64,000 nucleotides of DNA from Camelus dromedarius (GCF_036321535.1 NC_087436.1:5828001-5892000), one strand, 5' to 3'; numbered from the stretch's first letter, positions 24,644 through 39,153 are shown. Translations and numbers: made by a program. Notes: generated by a model from the letters alone, not told the origin.

Positions 24644-26918
24644 ATTTAGAAACTAGAAAACATACTTCTAAATTATCTATAGGTCAATGGCAATATTAAA
24701 ACAAATTAGAAATTTTTAAAGAGAATAATGAAAAAAATGGAAACACACACAACAAATCAAAATTTGTGCTGCATGACTAAAGTACTTCTTAGAGAGATGT
24801 TTAGAGTGCTGCATGTCTGTTAAAAAAAGTGTGAAGTCAATAATCTGAACTTTTTCCCTTAAGAATATAGAAAGCAAAGAACAAATTTAACATTAAGTAA
24901 GCAGAAGAAAGGAAGTAATAAAAGTAAGAACAGAATTCATGAAATATAAAATTGATTGCTAGGACATAAATAATATTGTCTGCAACAACTTAAGAATGTT
25001 TATTCTTTTCAAGCACTCTGAGAGCTTCTTCAACGTGGATTTTGTTGCATTGAGTAAACCTTACCAAATTTCAAGACTGATACCCTTCAGAGGATGTTTA
25101 CTGACAAGGTAATTAGGCTGATTAAATAATTTTAAAAAGTGAAAAAAAAATCCCACCTAATTTAAAAAATAATATATACTAAGAAAAAATTTCTTACTAA
25201 ATTTAAAATCATAATGGAAATTAGGACATATTTAGAGCTGACAAATAACAAAAGCAGGCCATATCAATACTTGTGGGATGCAGTTAAGGTAATGCTAAAA
25301 GGAAATGTATAGATTGAATATGAAAAAAAATCTGGAGATTAATGAATAAAAACTAAGAAAGTAAAAGGAAGGAAAAACAAAAATACAGAAAAATAATAAA
25401 TAACAAAACCAACATATACTATTTAGAATCATATTAGCCAAAGTTTATTCTTAAGTGTAAAATAAAATAAATAGGATCAACCACCAGCAAGATTAATCAA
25501 GCAAAAATAAGTAATGTAAATAAACCCCACCAGGAGTGCAAAGAGGACATAATGCCAGATGCTGCAGAAACAAATAAAAGAAAGTATTATTAACCTGATG
25601 TCAGTGCATCTTGAAACTTAGGTAAAATGGACAATTCCATTACCAAAATTAACTGAAGAAGAAATATGAAACTTGAGGTAGATAACCATTAGAGTAATTG
25701 AATCAGTAGTTTAAAAATCTTCCCACAAATGAAAAACAACCAACAAACGGCATTATCAGTGGGTTTGAAAAACATTTAGAGAATAAATAGACTGTGATAT
25801 TAAACCAATTGTCCAAAGAACAGGAAATGTGAACAATCTACAGCTTATTTCATGAGACAAATATAGCATTGATATCAAAATCAGTAAAAAAAAAAAAAAA
25901 AAAAAGAAATACTGAGATAGCACTACAGATAAAGCTTAATTATAAGCACAGATGCGAAAATTCTAAGCAGAACATTAGCTCCCAAATGCAGCAATTTATT
26001 GAGAAATAAATATACCTCCTAGCCAAATAAGTTTTAATTGTAGGAATAAACGTATTAAATGTTAAAATATTGGAAAATAAATCAAGTTGCCATTATTTTC
26101 ACATGGCTGAATGATTTCTATAGAAATCTAGATGAAAATACAGATAAGCAATCAGGATTAGAGAGCTTAGTAAAGGTTTTAGACACTCAGTGCACAAGAA
26201 AAGCTACATTTCATCTATCAGAAAAAATAGAGTATGTAATTTTTTATAGACAATATTTATACTAGCAATCAAAACTTTTTAACTACTGAGGATTGAATCT
26301 AACAAAATTTATACAATATTTTGGTGTATAAAATTCCAAAATAGTATAGGAAAACGTTGAAGAAGCCCTAAATAGATGTACATATGTGTATCTTATAAAT
26401 AATAAAGAAAAAAAGTAGAAAAATAATTTCTCGACCTCAGTAGAAATGAGAGGATTAGAAATTAAGACCACAATGAGATATCATTTAACCACTATACTGG
26501 CAGGAATTTAAAAGTCTGACAAATATAAGGATGTGAAGCAAAGACATATTTACTCTTTTCTTATTGGCTTATAAATTTATATAGAAACACTGTGAACAAT
26601 TGGTTGACATTACCTACGTATGTCAAAATTGGTTCATAACTTATGATTCAGGAGCTCAGTACACATCCAAAGAGATTCTTGCAAATGTTCAGACAATGTA
26701 GACATTCCTGGTTAATGCAGCAATATACGTAATGTCAAACTGGAACCAATTCAAACGTCTACCAAATATATCAATTTGATAATGGCTACATTATGGTCCA
26801 CTCATTAATTGAATACTATACAGCAGAGAATGGGAATGATCTGTACTCACAACCATCAACACGGTCGAAATGTAAGGACGTAACATTAAGTAAAGGAAAA
26901 AAAAAGTAACTAGTTACA

Positions 26919-27856
26919 TGTATAGAGGAGGAAAACTTTCCCTTTCTTTCCTTTTGGGTCCTTTGGCCAGTCTAATAGTTAAATTGATGTAAGACAGATT
27001 AACAGGAGAAAAACAAACTGATTATGTACGGGAACTCATAAAATATAAGACTCAAGTAAGTGACCAGAGCAGGCAGTTTTATGTCTTTCAGACAAAGAAA
27101 CAATAAATTTGTGAACAACTGACAAAGCAAAGTGGTTTGGGCTTGGAGCAGCTAATTAGTGCAAAAGTCACAAGGTTTGTTTATCCAGCCTTCTTTGCCC
27201 TGAAATCCCCATCTCTGGGAGAAGTATGGGTCTCTACCTCCTGATACAGCGAGGGTACCTTTCACATGGGACATTTATTTCCTGCTTTCAGGGGACAAAA
27301 GAGCATCAGGGTGTCATTCTTTAAGTAACTTTTATTCAAAATAATTAATATGCCTATTCAGCCATAAAAACTGACAACATAATGCCATTTGCAGCAACAT
27401 GGATGATCCTGGAGAATGTCATTCTAAGTGAAGTAAGCCAGAAAGAGAAAGAAAAATACCATATGAGATCGCTCATATGTGGAATCTAAAAACAAACAAA
27501 CAAACAAATAAACAAAGCATAAATACAAAACAGAAACAGACTCACAGACATAGAATACAAACTTGTGGTTGCCAAGGGGGCGGGGGGTGGGAAGAGATAG
27601 ACTGGGATTTCAAAATTGCAGAATAGATAAACAAGATTATACTGTAGAGCACAGGGAAATATACACAAGATCTTATGGTAGCTAACAGAGAAAAAAATGT
27701 GACAATGAATATATATATGTTCATGTATAACTGAAAAATTGTGCTCTACACTGGAATTTGACACAACATTGTAAAATGATTATAAATCAACAAAAAATGT
27801 TAAAAAAATTAACATGCCAAAGTGGCATAAATTTTAGAGCAGCATGTTTTGTTCCT
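26919..27856 (-). mobile_element. 3' LTR of an ERV1 provirus (MER34-like), split by an L1
   Basis: gacagattaacaggagaaaaa...tcaaaataattaatatgcc|aaagtggcata resembles MER34; followed by the antisense polypurine tract gtttcctcccaccttt. Confidence 0.8.
27355..27806 (+). mobile_element. young L1 3' end inserted in the LTR
   Basis: TSD aattaatatgcc (27343-54) / aattaacatgcc (27807-18); same subfamily as 44872-45078. Confidence 0.92.
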
Positions 27857-30800
27857 GTTTCCTCCCACCTTTGAAACATCAAGAAGTTTCACAATCTAGA
27901 GGCTGAGTTGGAAGAACAATCCCATTGTTTCATTGAATTCATATTTTAGACTTGAAAATACGTTATTTCAGTTAAACAGTTGTGTCTCATTTTAGGATAT
28001 GATCATGCAGCTCATCTCCCAAAGTTAGAACTACATTGCTTGAGAAATCAGGTGTTTAATAAGGTATTTTAATGGAAATAAAAGGAAAACAATGGTTAAC
28101 AATCAGAGCAAACTATTATCCAGTTTCTGAGTTCTGAAGACAGAAGTAAAGATTTTCACCAGTCAGTCTCAAAGCATCTTTCGATGAAGCGAGGGCATGT
28201 AGCTTAAGGGAAAAGAGGAAAAATTTCCTTAAATCTGGAGACACAAAACATTACAAAGCCAGCAATGTTTCAATCAAAAAAGTCATAAGAAGTTATAATT
28301 TCCCTTTTCTGTTATCTTAGTCCCATATAATTAAATCTTGTTAACCTTAATTTTTTTTGTTAGCAGTTTTGGGAATTCAGTTTTTCCTTAGAGTTCTGTA
28401 AATCCTTCCCAGTTCAATAGCGTAATCTGAAAGTTATCAGAAACCTGTATTCTAAAGTACTTGTAAGAGTCTTTTTCATGAATCTCTCTGAAGATAAAAC
28501 ACTTTTGCAAAAGCATCAGAGTGAAAACACAGATTCTATAGATGACAAAAACTTAAAATGCCCAAGGTTGAAGATCTGATGAGAGCTTATCACAATGCTA
28601 TTGACAAGGAAATTTGGTTACTTCTGTGATAATACATCTTAAGATAGTAACAAGAATTACAAGTGATAGCATTGTACTAGGATTATAATAGGATATGCCA
28701 GATTTCTAGGAATTTCATACAATTTCTATGCAGCAGTTATAACATATACCTAGACAAATACAACATAAAGAAGGCCTAGTAGTAACTTATTACTGGACAA
28801 AGCTTCCCATGTATTTTAACATACCAAATAACCCCTATTGATTTAACATTTCAAAGATTTTAATAAGGAGAGGAAACAAATATTTTGATATGTTCTGAGG
28901 AGCCTCTGGAAAATCCCAACTTACTTCCAAATTAAGAAAAAGAAAAACTCCATTTAGAATTTGATTTTGAGAAGTTTGTCGAAAATGTCAAAAAAGTTTT
29001 AAAACACTTGGTTAGGTAAAATCGTAGGACAATAGAAATCAATGCTTATCTATTTAACCAAAGTGACAATCAAAAGATTTCACAGGCAAATACAGAAAAT
29101 TACATAATTATAAGCTAAACTTCGTTTTATAATAGTGAACACTTGCGTGTAAGTCATCAAAGACCTGATGATGACAGTGTGAAGTATGGTTAGTAAGACA
29201 CACAGTCTTTGTTTAACAAGCAGATTACTTAAAAGGTAAATGAAAACCTTTGTTCATTTGTCTTAGTATGAGCGGACCAATAATCTAATAAAATTTGGTC
29301 CTTTTAGTAGGGGGAGAAAGCCAAATTCTGATTTTTATCAAAGTGCTTTTGATATTAAAATTCATTCCTTTCCAAAAAAATTATCTTAGCCTTCTTGACC
29401 ATACATAAAATTTCTTTCCCACAATTCTTTTTTCACAGTTCTTCTACTACTTTCTTTTTTATGTTCAAGTTGTGCCCCATGTTCTTCCTATTTCCCATCC
29501 TGGAATAACTAGCTTCATTCTAGGACAAAATTACTTTATTTTCCCTAAACAAAAATGCAGCTTCATTTCTCATCTTTCCCTTACTAAAAACACATATCTT
29601 TCTTTTCTTGCATGCAGAGATTTCCCCTTATTATTTTAGTAGTTTTAATTACATATATTAATTAGATTTCTTAACCTTTTAGAAAAATTACCAAAGAGGT
29701 AAGCAATGATGTTACACCAGCATTCTTTAGATTAGCAAATTTATGAATTTATTTCATAATTTCTAGAGACATATGCTTATTTATAGTACAAAATTTTAAT
29801 ATGTCACTACACATATTTACTAATAGATTCAAATATCTTTAGTTCCTCTGTAAAAAGGAAACTAAATGGTTTACCAGCCTCTGTACAGTAATTAACGTTG
29901 CTGTGTTTTATCTTATTTGGAAATGATTTAGGTAGTCAATAAATTGCTATCATTTAATTCAACTTAGCAAAATTCTAAGTGTAAAAGTTACCAGAGATGC
30001 TTGGGAAGCTATTTAAGCAGACATATTCTGAAACATAATTATTGTTGAAAAGTTCCCTTAAATTCCTTTCCCATTTACATCTATTTAATTCACTTGTTTC
30101 CAACAGTCATATCTAGATTACTCATGAAAATTTCATGAGCCATCAAAGTAGCCAGCCATCATCTTAAGTAATTTTTCTTGCTGACAAACTTCACAACAGA
30201 TACAGCATGAGTTTACTTGACTTTCAGTAAACCTAGCTGAAGTACTATACTTAATGCTTTTAGCTCCAAAGACATGTCTGTATTAATTAAACCGAAAAAC
30301 TTAAACTAGATTTTATTTACCAAAGATTTTCACAGGCCACCTGAATTTAAAAAAAAAAAATTGTGTTAGTTTTTATATTTCTTAGTTTTAGGAATACTTA
30401 ATTAATAAGCAGTTATTTTAAGCCAATTAATTGGAGATTTCTTATAAATTAATTTTAGTAATACCACCAGAAGGTAGTGAAGTGTCACATATACGTTTAT
30501 AACATACATCTGTAGACATACATAAACATGCAGACAGACAAAAACAGAACCTTCTAGCTTTCATTTTAAAATTTTAGCTAGAAGTCAGGTATAACAATAT
30601 GAAACTCATTGGTTTATAAATAACAGTTGGAATAGTTGAATTTTTACCTGCTCTTATAGCTAAGCTTTTTACTATTTATAAAGAAATTTTTTAAGATATG
30701 TATTTGACCTTGATAAGTAATCTTTTGAAGGCTATAAGCTAGATTTTGGCAAGGGAGACTTTTTAACAATTTGTATCAAAAAAAAAAACAAAAACAGTTT

Positions 30801-33500
30801 TCCTTTTGTTCCTTCAGTCTAAGGTGAATGTGAGCATTGTTTTAGTTACCCCTTGGAGTGTTTACATTTCAAAGATACGGTAATATTTACATGTTCAAGG
30901 GACAGAGGAAGAATGCAAGTTTTCTCCAAGACTAGGAGTCCTGGAGTATATTTGTCTGTTATCAGAAGTGTAGGGTAATTACTATTTAAATGTTTGCTTC
31001 TTTTTCCTATGTGCATGATAATTGTTACTTCTAATGTCTTGATTTTTTACAATATCTGTAAATTACTGAACACAAATTAAAGAAAAAGATCTGAGTGGAC
31101 TTTGTGTTGCTCTCAGAGTTATGCTTTTGTTTCTCTAAAGATTCAAGTTGGAAATCAAGAATTTTTTATTTTAACTTTTTTCTCTTGCGCTTCTGGAAGC
31201 TTTCTTCAAATAACTGGTTAGCTGCTTTCATTACAATGCTTATGTTACCAAGTGAAGACTCATTCTGCTTGCCCAATGACAGGCCGATAAATCAAGAGAG
31301 GAGGTGTTGGGGCAAAGAATAGCAACTCTGTTTGGATAACCAGCAGACTGAGAAGATGGGGGACTAACATCCTGGAGAACCATCTTCCTCAAGTCAGAAT
31401 TCAGGCTCCTTTTATACTAAAAGGGGAGGGGGTGTAGTTGGTTGCTGCAAACTTCTTGGTGTCAGAATCCTTTGTTCTTGCAGCTGTCCACATGGGTCAG
31501 GTCGTGGTGCCCCTGGAAACCTCTAGTAAGACAAATGTTATTCCCTGTTCTGAAACTTTTTATCTTTGCATGAATAGAAAAGTGTTACACCCTTAAAGGT
31601 CAGAGCTGTTCAAATGGGCTGTCCTGTCTATTTCAGGCTCCAGGCAACATCCTTTTACAAAAGGTGCAGAACCAGCATGACTGAGCCCAGGAAACAGAGC
31701 CCAGGGTTAGAGGTAAAGGGGTAGATTCAGTATGGAGTCAGATCTGTTCTTCTCTGTTACACTTAGAGGTTAACTAGCCGACTCATCCACACTCTTTTGT
31801 GTTTTTTTATATCAGGGAGAAAATTTCTGTCTAAGATGCAGGTTAAGAGATTTGCATGTTCTGGAGCTTCAGGGTTTAGTGCAGCACACCTTTGAAAAGT
31901 CTGTATAAAGTGTTCAGCAGAGACCTTTGGAGGCTTCACTTATTTGTGGGTGCACAATTCAATCTTAGGCCAATGCACCTTGATGGAGGAAGTCGCTACT
32001 GATGTTTCTTTCAGTCCCTGGATATCAGCCTCCCGCTGAGCCACTTCCTGGTCCTGTGCAGGAGGGTCTGGGAGAGTTTCCGGTCATCTGTTTCTTGGGT
32101 GAGGATTGTTTTTCCCCAGTCTGGCTTGTCTGATAACTACAGTATAATTGCAGGTGGGAAGAATTCCTGTTAGCAGACAGTCAGGGTCTCTGTGATGAGG
32201 TTAAATGGCTGCTAATCTTTCCAGCTCCTCTCTGAATGTGGTAGGCTCTTCTGAAAGGGGAGGTAAAAGGGCTTTATGATTAAAATGATCTACTCGGGGA
32301 GTAGTGGGGCATGAATTCTTTGGGAGAGACCCTGAGATATGTTTGCAAAAGACATTGCATAGGAAATCTGGAAATTGACTGAGCCTGACTGTAGAGCCCA
32401 GCAAAGCCAGCCTTCATCCCAGGGTCCTGCTAAATTTACGTCCTGACACTCAGCACTTAAGTAAGTATACACCGCAGGCCTGGAGGTCAGGCCTGAGTGT
32501 TCTCTGTAAATCTTGCAGGGAAGGAGTAGTTAAATTAGGCAGCAGTTTGTTTAAGAGATTTTCTGGGGAAGGTGGAGGACATTGGAAGCTAAGGGAATTT
32601 GCTGAGGAGATAGGGCCAGCTTTTAAGAAGGGTAAGCGATGTTGGCTAGAAACTTCAGTTTTTGTTCCAAGTCTAGTTTCTGTTCTTTCATCTTGTTGAG
32701 AGAGTCCCTAAGGCTGGCTGTTGCACTTCTTTGGGTCCACTTTTTAATTTGGTCTTTTCATAGGTTCTGATAAGATGATTGTTTAGGATGAGAGGGCTCT
32801 AAGAAAATTTGTTTTCTTTTAAATATAGTCAATTCAAAGGATTTGTCATCTGGCCACCGATGGGTAGACTCTTATATTAATATCAATAGCGACTCAAACC
32901 AAGAAGCCTTTTTATGGCCTAACCAGGGACACAAGAGGTCTCCCAAAGGAGAGTGCAAAAGACACAGCCCTCAGAAGACCCAGGAAGTCTACTCTCAGAG
33001 TTACCCTAAGAAAGCAAAGACCATCATTGTTACAGGTAGTAAGAATTGTGCAGTAAAAATGGTGTCTCCAGTCTCTCAGGGGAACACGAGACACCTCCGG
33101 TTACAAACCTGCCAGTCTGTGATTCTAGGCATGTGCTACTGTTGCCTTTCCAGCACTAACAAAGCAAGAGACTCTTCATGGACTAGGAACACTTATGACA
33201 AAATCCCCTGCGAGCTGGCTCAGCCAGGCAAAGAGAATGCTGCTTGTAATTTTGTGTCTCAAAACCCCAGTCTATTCAACTGGCCACCAGATTAGACTCC
33301 AGTATATATACCTTCTAGGTGGTGGAGACCAGAGGGAGTATTCTCAATGGTCACAAAGCCAACCTCTCAAGACATAGAACAAGCTGAAAGAAAAATCTTG
33401 TCTGATTTTTACATGGGGGACTTTGCCCATTAAGTTTGGGTTGATTTTAAAACATCCACCAGAGAGCCACATGGACAGTTATAAATTACAAGTCTGAGAG
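27857..33500 (-). mobile_element. ERV1 internal region (MER34/MER4-group-like), non-coding, 5' LTR not seen
   Basis: contiguous with the PPT and 3' LTR; AT-rich decayed internal sequence, GC-richer leader/gag-like part at about 31.8-33.5 kb; no intact ORF. Confidence 0.7.
31243..31761 (-). mobile_element. ERV1 solo LTR (family C, copy 1) nested in the provirus
   Basis: tgttac...gttaca termini, perfect TSD ctta (31239-42 / 31762-65); highly similar to 56960-57485. Confidence 0.9.
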
Positions 33501-33509
33501 GGCGTGGCA

Positions 33510-36130
33510 CTGTCTGGCCATTATTAGCAAGAAGATGACAGTTAAAGCCACGTGATTTGATGGGACCTTGAACTGAGGTTTTTCCAACATTAAGAGGTAA
33601 GGGAGAATGAAGAGACTAGCAAAGGTCCATGGAAAGAAATTTCCAGTGAGGTGGCAGAGAGGCAGTGGGCAGAATGTATACCAGGGAGGAGGAAGTGATT
33701 AACTGCGCCCAGAACTGATGACCAATAGGACACAATTTATCATTCAAGCACTGACAATGAAGGTGGAGCAGATGATAGTACTTTTGGTTGAAGGAAAGAA
33801 ATCAAAGTCTGGTTGAAGTGTGTTTGAGAGAGAAGAAGAGGGGAGGAATCATGGCGAATTAACTGTAGGTATGTTTTCAAGATCGTGTTTTGCTTTGCGT
33901 TCTGTTTGGGAAAGGAGAGGGAGGGCAGGAGAAGTTGGTTCAAAAGAAAAACAACAGGGGAAATCAGAGCGTGTGTGCGGAGCTGGCCCAGAACACTGAG
34001 AGTAACTGGTGGGGTAAGAGTAATAGGAGAAATTAGTTGAAGGACTGATTTTGTAAGCTCATTGTAAGAGCGGATGGAGGAGCAAGTCATTAACTGTGCT
34101 CTGGGACCCAGTTTCCCACTTCTTGTTCCCACCAGCAAAGTGTTCTCCAGACTCTTAACTGGGCACCCTACAATTCAACTCGATACAACTCCATTCTGAC
34201 ACCATCTATGGGGAGATGGCACCCAATTCCACAGGTAAAGGCTTCAGTCCAACAAGACTCCCCTCAAACACCCTGCCCCCACTTGAGATGTCAGTCGTGG
34301 CCCAGGTTGTCACCTGTGCTTCTGACTGACCAGCTATAGACTGGAGGTCCCTGCAACTCCCTCCTCTGGTTGCAGTTATTTGTTAGAGCAGCTCACAAAA
34401 CTCAGAGAAACGTTTTCCTTACTAAAATACCAGTTGGTTATAGAAGGACGCAACTCGGGAACAGCCAGGTGGAAGAGATGCCCAGGGCAAGGTCTGGGGA
34501 AAGGGTGTGTGAGTCTCCCTGCTTCGCTGGGCATGCCTCTCCTTCCTGCATCTCTAGGTGCTCATCAAACTGGAAGCTCTGGTCCTTTTAGTTTCTTTGT
34601 TTGTTTGTTTCTGTACATTACATTCCTATGACTTACCTTCTGGGATTTTATGGAGGCTTCCTCACATAGGCTTATTTGATTAAATCATCAGTAATTGGTG
34701 ATCGATCCAACCTCCTCAGAGGCTGCAGGGTGGAGCTGAGAGTTCCAACCCTCTTATCACATGGTTGGTTCTCCTGGCAATCAGTCCCCATCCTTGAGTG
34801 TTTCCAAAAAGCACCTCATTCACGTAATAAAACATAGCTTTATCACTCTCATAAATTTAGGAAATTCCAAGGGTTTTAGGAGCTCTGAGCCAGAAATGAG
34901 GATGAAGACCAAGTGTATATTTCTCATAAATCACGTTATCACATTTATGTTTAGTTGGGTGACATAAGGTGTGAAGCCAGGGCATAGATATGCAAATGGA
35001 TGTAGACTTAGTAGTTTATGGCAGTTATCTTCTGACTGCATCAGTTTTCTCAGTGAAATAAGAAGATCATTTTTCTGAGAATGATAATGAAGGAGAGGTT
35101 TTAGAGGTTTGAGGGAACAAGACGTGAGATAGACATTTAAGAGCACGTGAAAAGACATGGCTTAGGGAAATATAGTATGGTTGTTATTTGCCATTAAGAG
35201 AAAAATGCACATCATAATCATGAAATTAAGATGAGAAGAGTAAGCATGGTTGTTTTGCTGTAAATATATATTCAGATTCGGCAGAGTCTGGGTAGAAATT
35301 CGGAGTTAGATTTGAGATTTTGCCAAGAAAATATTAATAAATAGAGAGAGTCAGGATCTTTGAGGATTAATGCAAAGGACTGATTTGAATTATTGGTCAT
35401 GGGTTTAAGGCTAAGTAAGTTGGGAGGAGGATGCAAGTTGAGTGAGTGTGGAGAGTTAATAGGATCAGTGGATTGGATGTTTTGGTGGGATAGACATGTT
35501 ACCAGAATTGGCATATTACGTTGAGATTGTGAAGTATTGCAGTTATTGATAATGACCTTGGCATGCGAGTAAATGGCGGAGGGGATGTGCGGAACATGAT
35601 CATTGAAGAGTCCATGGAGCTGAGAACCAGGCTATTAGAAAAGTCATCTAAGGGGTGTTGAAATCTCAAAGAACGTTAGAGAAGTGACCGTGAGCCTGAA
35701 GTTGATAATTGTCAAGGAAAGGAGGATCAGTAGGTGCCTGCAGTGAAAAATGATGATGGGTGGGTAATAAACTCTGATGGATGCATGAGATTCAAAGCTG
35801 GAGGAGGTGAAAGAAAAAGATGATGGAAAAAAGTGGTCTGTAATTGACTATAGTATGAAAGCAACTGGAGGAAAATATCGCAGTTCAGAAGACAGCCAGG
35901 GAAGGAGTGTCTTTAGGGGACAACCATATTCTTATCAGACTAAGTAAGTGAAGGGAATGCTCAGGGCAGATTTGGAAATAGAGATTTTACTGATGATGGA
36001 GCAGAAATTCTCTAGGGCATAGTAAATAACTTCAGCAGCTGGAGGTTTGGTCAGAAAGGACCACAAAGGCAATGCCTAGAGTCTGAAGGAGCTCAGCGCT
36101 CATCAGGTGGAGAGGGACCTGTGCGTCGAG
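33510..36130 (-). mobile_element. L2 LINE remnant interrupted by a MER21-like LTR
   Basis: purine-rich L2-like sequence (ggaagtgattaactg, tctgactgcatcagttttctcagtgaaataaga); boundaries approximate. Confidence 0.6.
34095..34943 (-). mobile_element. solo LTR (MER21-like)
   Basis: cctacaattcaactc...ccaggttgtcacctgtgcttctgactgaccagctata...ggaaattccaagggttttaggagctctg...ataaatcacgttatcaca. Confidence 0.85.
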
Positions 36131-36499
36131 TGTTGTTTCAGTGGCTGACATAAAAAGGGACGTGAGAGGCGGGATAAATTCAGTCCTGGCTGACTCCAGG
36201 CAGGTGGAGATGTCTAGGCTGTGTGGCTGGGTGGTCGGATGGATGGGTGTCTGGGGCTCGACCCTTTTTGGTCCCACTGATGGTGGAGGAAGTGGGGGAA
36301 ATGACATCTCAGTCCTAGTGCTTGGAACTGTCTCTTGATCACTCTCAAGGGAAGGGCAGCCTCGCTCTGACAGCTGCCCCTGGACACCTGCAGCCACTTA
36401 CTCCAGAAAGCACCTTCCCCACGTGTTCTTCCTACTCTGCGCAGCTGTGACTATGATCTTTGTCACATTGACACACCTCTCTCGCTGGCACGTATGCGC

Positions 36500-37170
36500 T
36501 ATGTGTGGTCAGATCCACAGCTTCACTACTCCCTGACCTGAAGCATCACTCCCTCCCCTGCTGCTAAGCCCTCACCCTTCCCTGGAATTTTGCAGCCATC
36601 TCATGACTGCACTACCTGCCCTCTGTCTGACCAGTTATTCAAAATACTCCCGGGATATCTTTTTTGTAAAAAAACAAAAAACACAAAACTTCATATCTCG
36701 CTCTTTTTCAGATGTTTTTACTGGTTCCCCATCTGCTATGAGAACAAGTCTTCAGCAAGTTACACAAAGTCCATTCCTTCTTGTTAGCCACATGCTCAAG
36801 CAAAATCCAAACATATCTTGCAGTCTAATTATAAAAAAAAAAACCCTCCTACTTTTTCCTTCAAAATATAGGATTATTTCATACCTCTATACATTTGACC
36901 ATACTTCTCCTTCTGCAGAGAATATCCACAGGCTCTCAGCACCCTCAGTACTTGTACCCATTTGGCAAGACCCAGAATATATATATCACCTCTTCCAAGA
37001 AGTCTTCCATGATTGTTTTTCATAGCCAACCCCTGTGCTGTCCTGAACTGTTGTTTATCATTGCAGATCACTCATGCCACATTACATAATTTATGTCATC
37101 TGTCTTCTGAACAATCAATTCCTCAAGCATAGAGACACTGAGTAAGTGATTATTGAATCTTTGTTTTCTC
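36500..37170 (+). mobile_element. L2 3' portion
   Basis: pyrimidine-rich L2-like motifs (ctccttctgcagagaat, cacctcttccaagaagtcttcc, ttcctcaagcatagagac). Confidence 0.55.
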
Positions 37171-39153
37171 CATAACAACAACAACAACAACAAAAAAAGG
37201 CAGGTGGATATTACATCTCTAACTCAAAATACACTTGAAAGCTAAAATGAGGATTTGAAAAGGTATGTTTATAATTTATAAATATCATCTATAATTCCTA
37301 TAATGAATAACATAAAAGATTTAAATTCAAATGAAATAATAAAATTAATAGGAGTTTGTGTCTTTTTGTATTTGTAAAATAGCAAATTGAAATGTATTTT
37401 ATCACACTACATCCCAAAGATACTGGATTTTAAGACAAATATATCCATCTATTAATATACCTGATTATACTTTTGGAAAGAAGGGGTTTTAAAAGTGGGG
37501 ACATGGTTTGAATCCCTAAACAGCAATTTTGATGTACAGTAACAGGCATTAGAATATATTAGTAGAAATTTAAAAGGAAGTTTTGAAATATTTTATGAAG
37601 CAAAGGGAAGAAATAGTGTTTCATTTCATTTTTGAGATTATTCACACTTTGGCTATGCAGGGAATTGCAGTATCTAGAAAAAGGTAACTTATTAAACACC
37701 GTTTGATAACTTCGCAGAATCATTGCATCTCCTTCAAATGAGAAGTTTAATGCACTCTCACCAATTGGTACTGAAATCTTGATCTCTGTTGCCTGTGTGC
37801 GATCTTTTCTTATTATCCCATATTTCTGGTTAGCCCTCCATGGAACACAGCCCATGTTTTAGAAACCAAGGGATGGTTTTAGCCTGAGGAGGGTAGAAGC
37901 TATGGATTCTTGCATCTGTATGTATGCGTTTCCCTGTGGGAGCTGTAAAAATGTATTTTAGACTAAGAGTGGAGGATGAGTCAGGACTGGAGGCTGGATG
38001 CCCGTGTGAGGCTGTCACCAGACACAAGGTATAAGCGGAGACAGGGGTAATGATCGTGAGAAGAAATAGATGTACTGGGGCCCCCTGGTGTGTGATTGTG
38101 AGTAAAAGAATCAGGAAAGGGAACAGAAGTGGGGCAGGGGCGTCTGACGCTGTCAAAGGAGAGGAGAAAGACACAAAGAAATACAATAAAAGAGGGGGTC
38201 TTCTTAAATCTGAGGCTCTGACCCTTGCTTCTGAGTCTGCTATTTATGTCTCACAGTGCTAGCAAAAAATTTGAGTAACCTACATCAGGGTACACGTTGA
38301 CCTAGAATTTAAGTTCGTCTGCTTTTTTTCCCCTTTACTAGAAGTATAACCCATCTGACTCTGATGGAGGGACCCTGCACTGTCTCAGTGCATGGCTAGT
38401 TTTTACAGCAACAGACTTTTACTGGAGAAACCATCTGTTCCTTTAAGAGAATCAAAGTGGGTGGGATGAGGAACATTTGTACCTTGTGTTAGGATGATGT
38501 CTGTAGCTGGAAAACAAATCAGCCCCTCGGCCCAAGACTTAGACATATTGTACTTATGATACTTGTTATTTATATTATGTTTAACATTAAATATCTCTTT
38601 TCTCATTCCCAATATCCTCACATCATGTCTTCCCTTTCTTTTTCTTACATAGATTTTACCTTCCTCACCTTCCTTTTGAAAAACTAATAAAAGAGCCAAA
38701 TAACAGTGTACTAATTGGGAAAGTAGTGCACTGTAATTGATTCTGATATCGGCAGAACTTTCCAATTTATGTAATAAAATGCTCCCAATAACTTAATGTA
38801 ATGTATGGAGCCCACGGAAGGAAATAAGCTTTATTCATCTGCACTTGCTAAGGCAAGATCCTTATTTTTTTTCCTTCTGGTAGTAATCAGATGAAGATAC
38901 TCAAATATTTAAATGCAGAAACACGCAGCAAGTCTAACTCAGAACTTGATGGCTGTAATGACTAGATTTTAAAAGATTACCAGAACTATACAATTTCACA
39001 CACATATTTAACATAGATAATAGTGCCAGGTCCTCTTTATTGGGAAAGTGCAATGACTCTCAACGCTGGAAAAGTGAGATCTTCTTTGCTGGACCCCTAC
39101 CTTATGCTAGCTCTTTGCTTATACCTTTCCTTAACGTGTTTTGAGTTTGTAGC

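Larger units (their letters stand above)
23900..26918 (+). mobile_element. old fragmented L1M (5'/ORF1 pieces, ORF2 remnant, 3' part) hosting younger insertions
   Basis: A-rich L1 ORF2-like stretches (cttgtgggatgcagttaag, aaatggacaattcc, cacagatgcgaaaattct); ends at the ERV LTR. Confidence 0.75.

Noticed and set aside
32843..33295. 150-aa ORF within the ERV region as a domesticated viral gene
   Set aside because: Antisense to the provirus, TTG start, no Gag/Pol/Env motifs.
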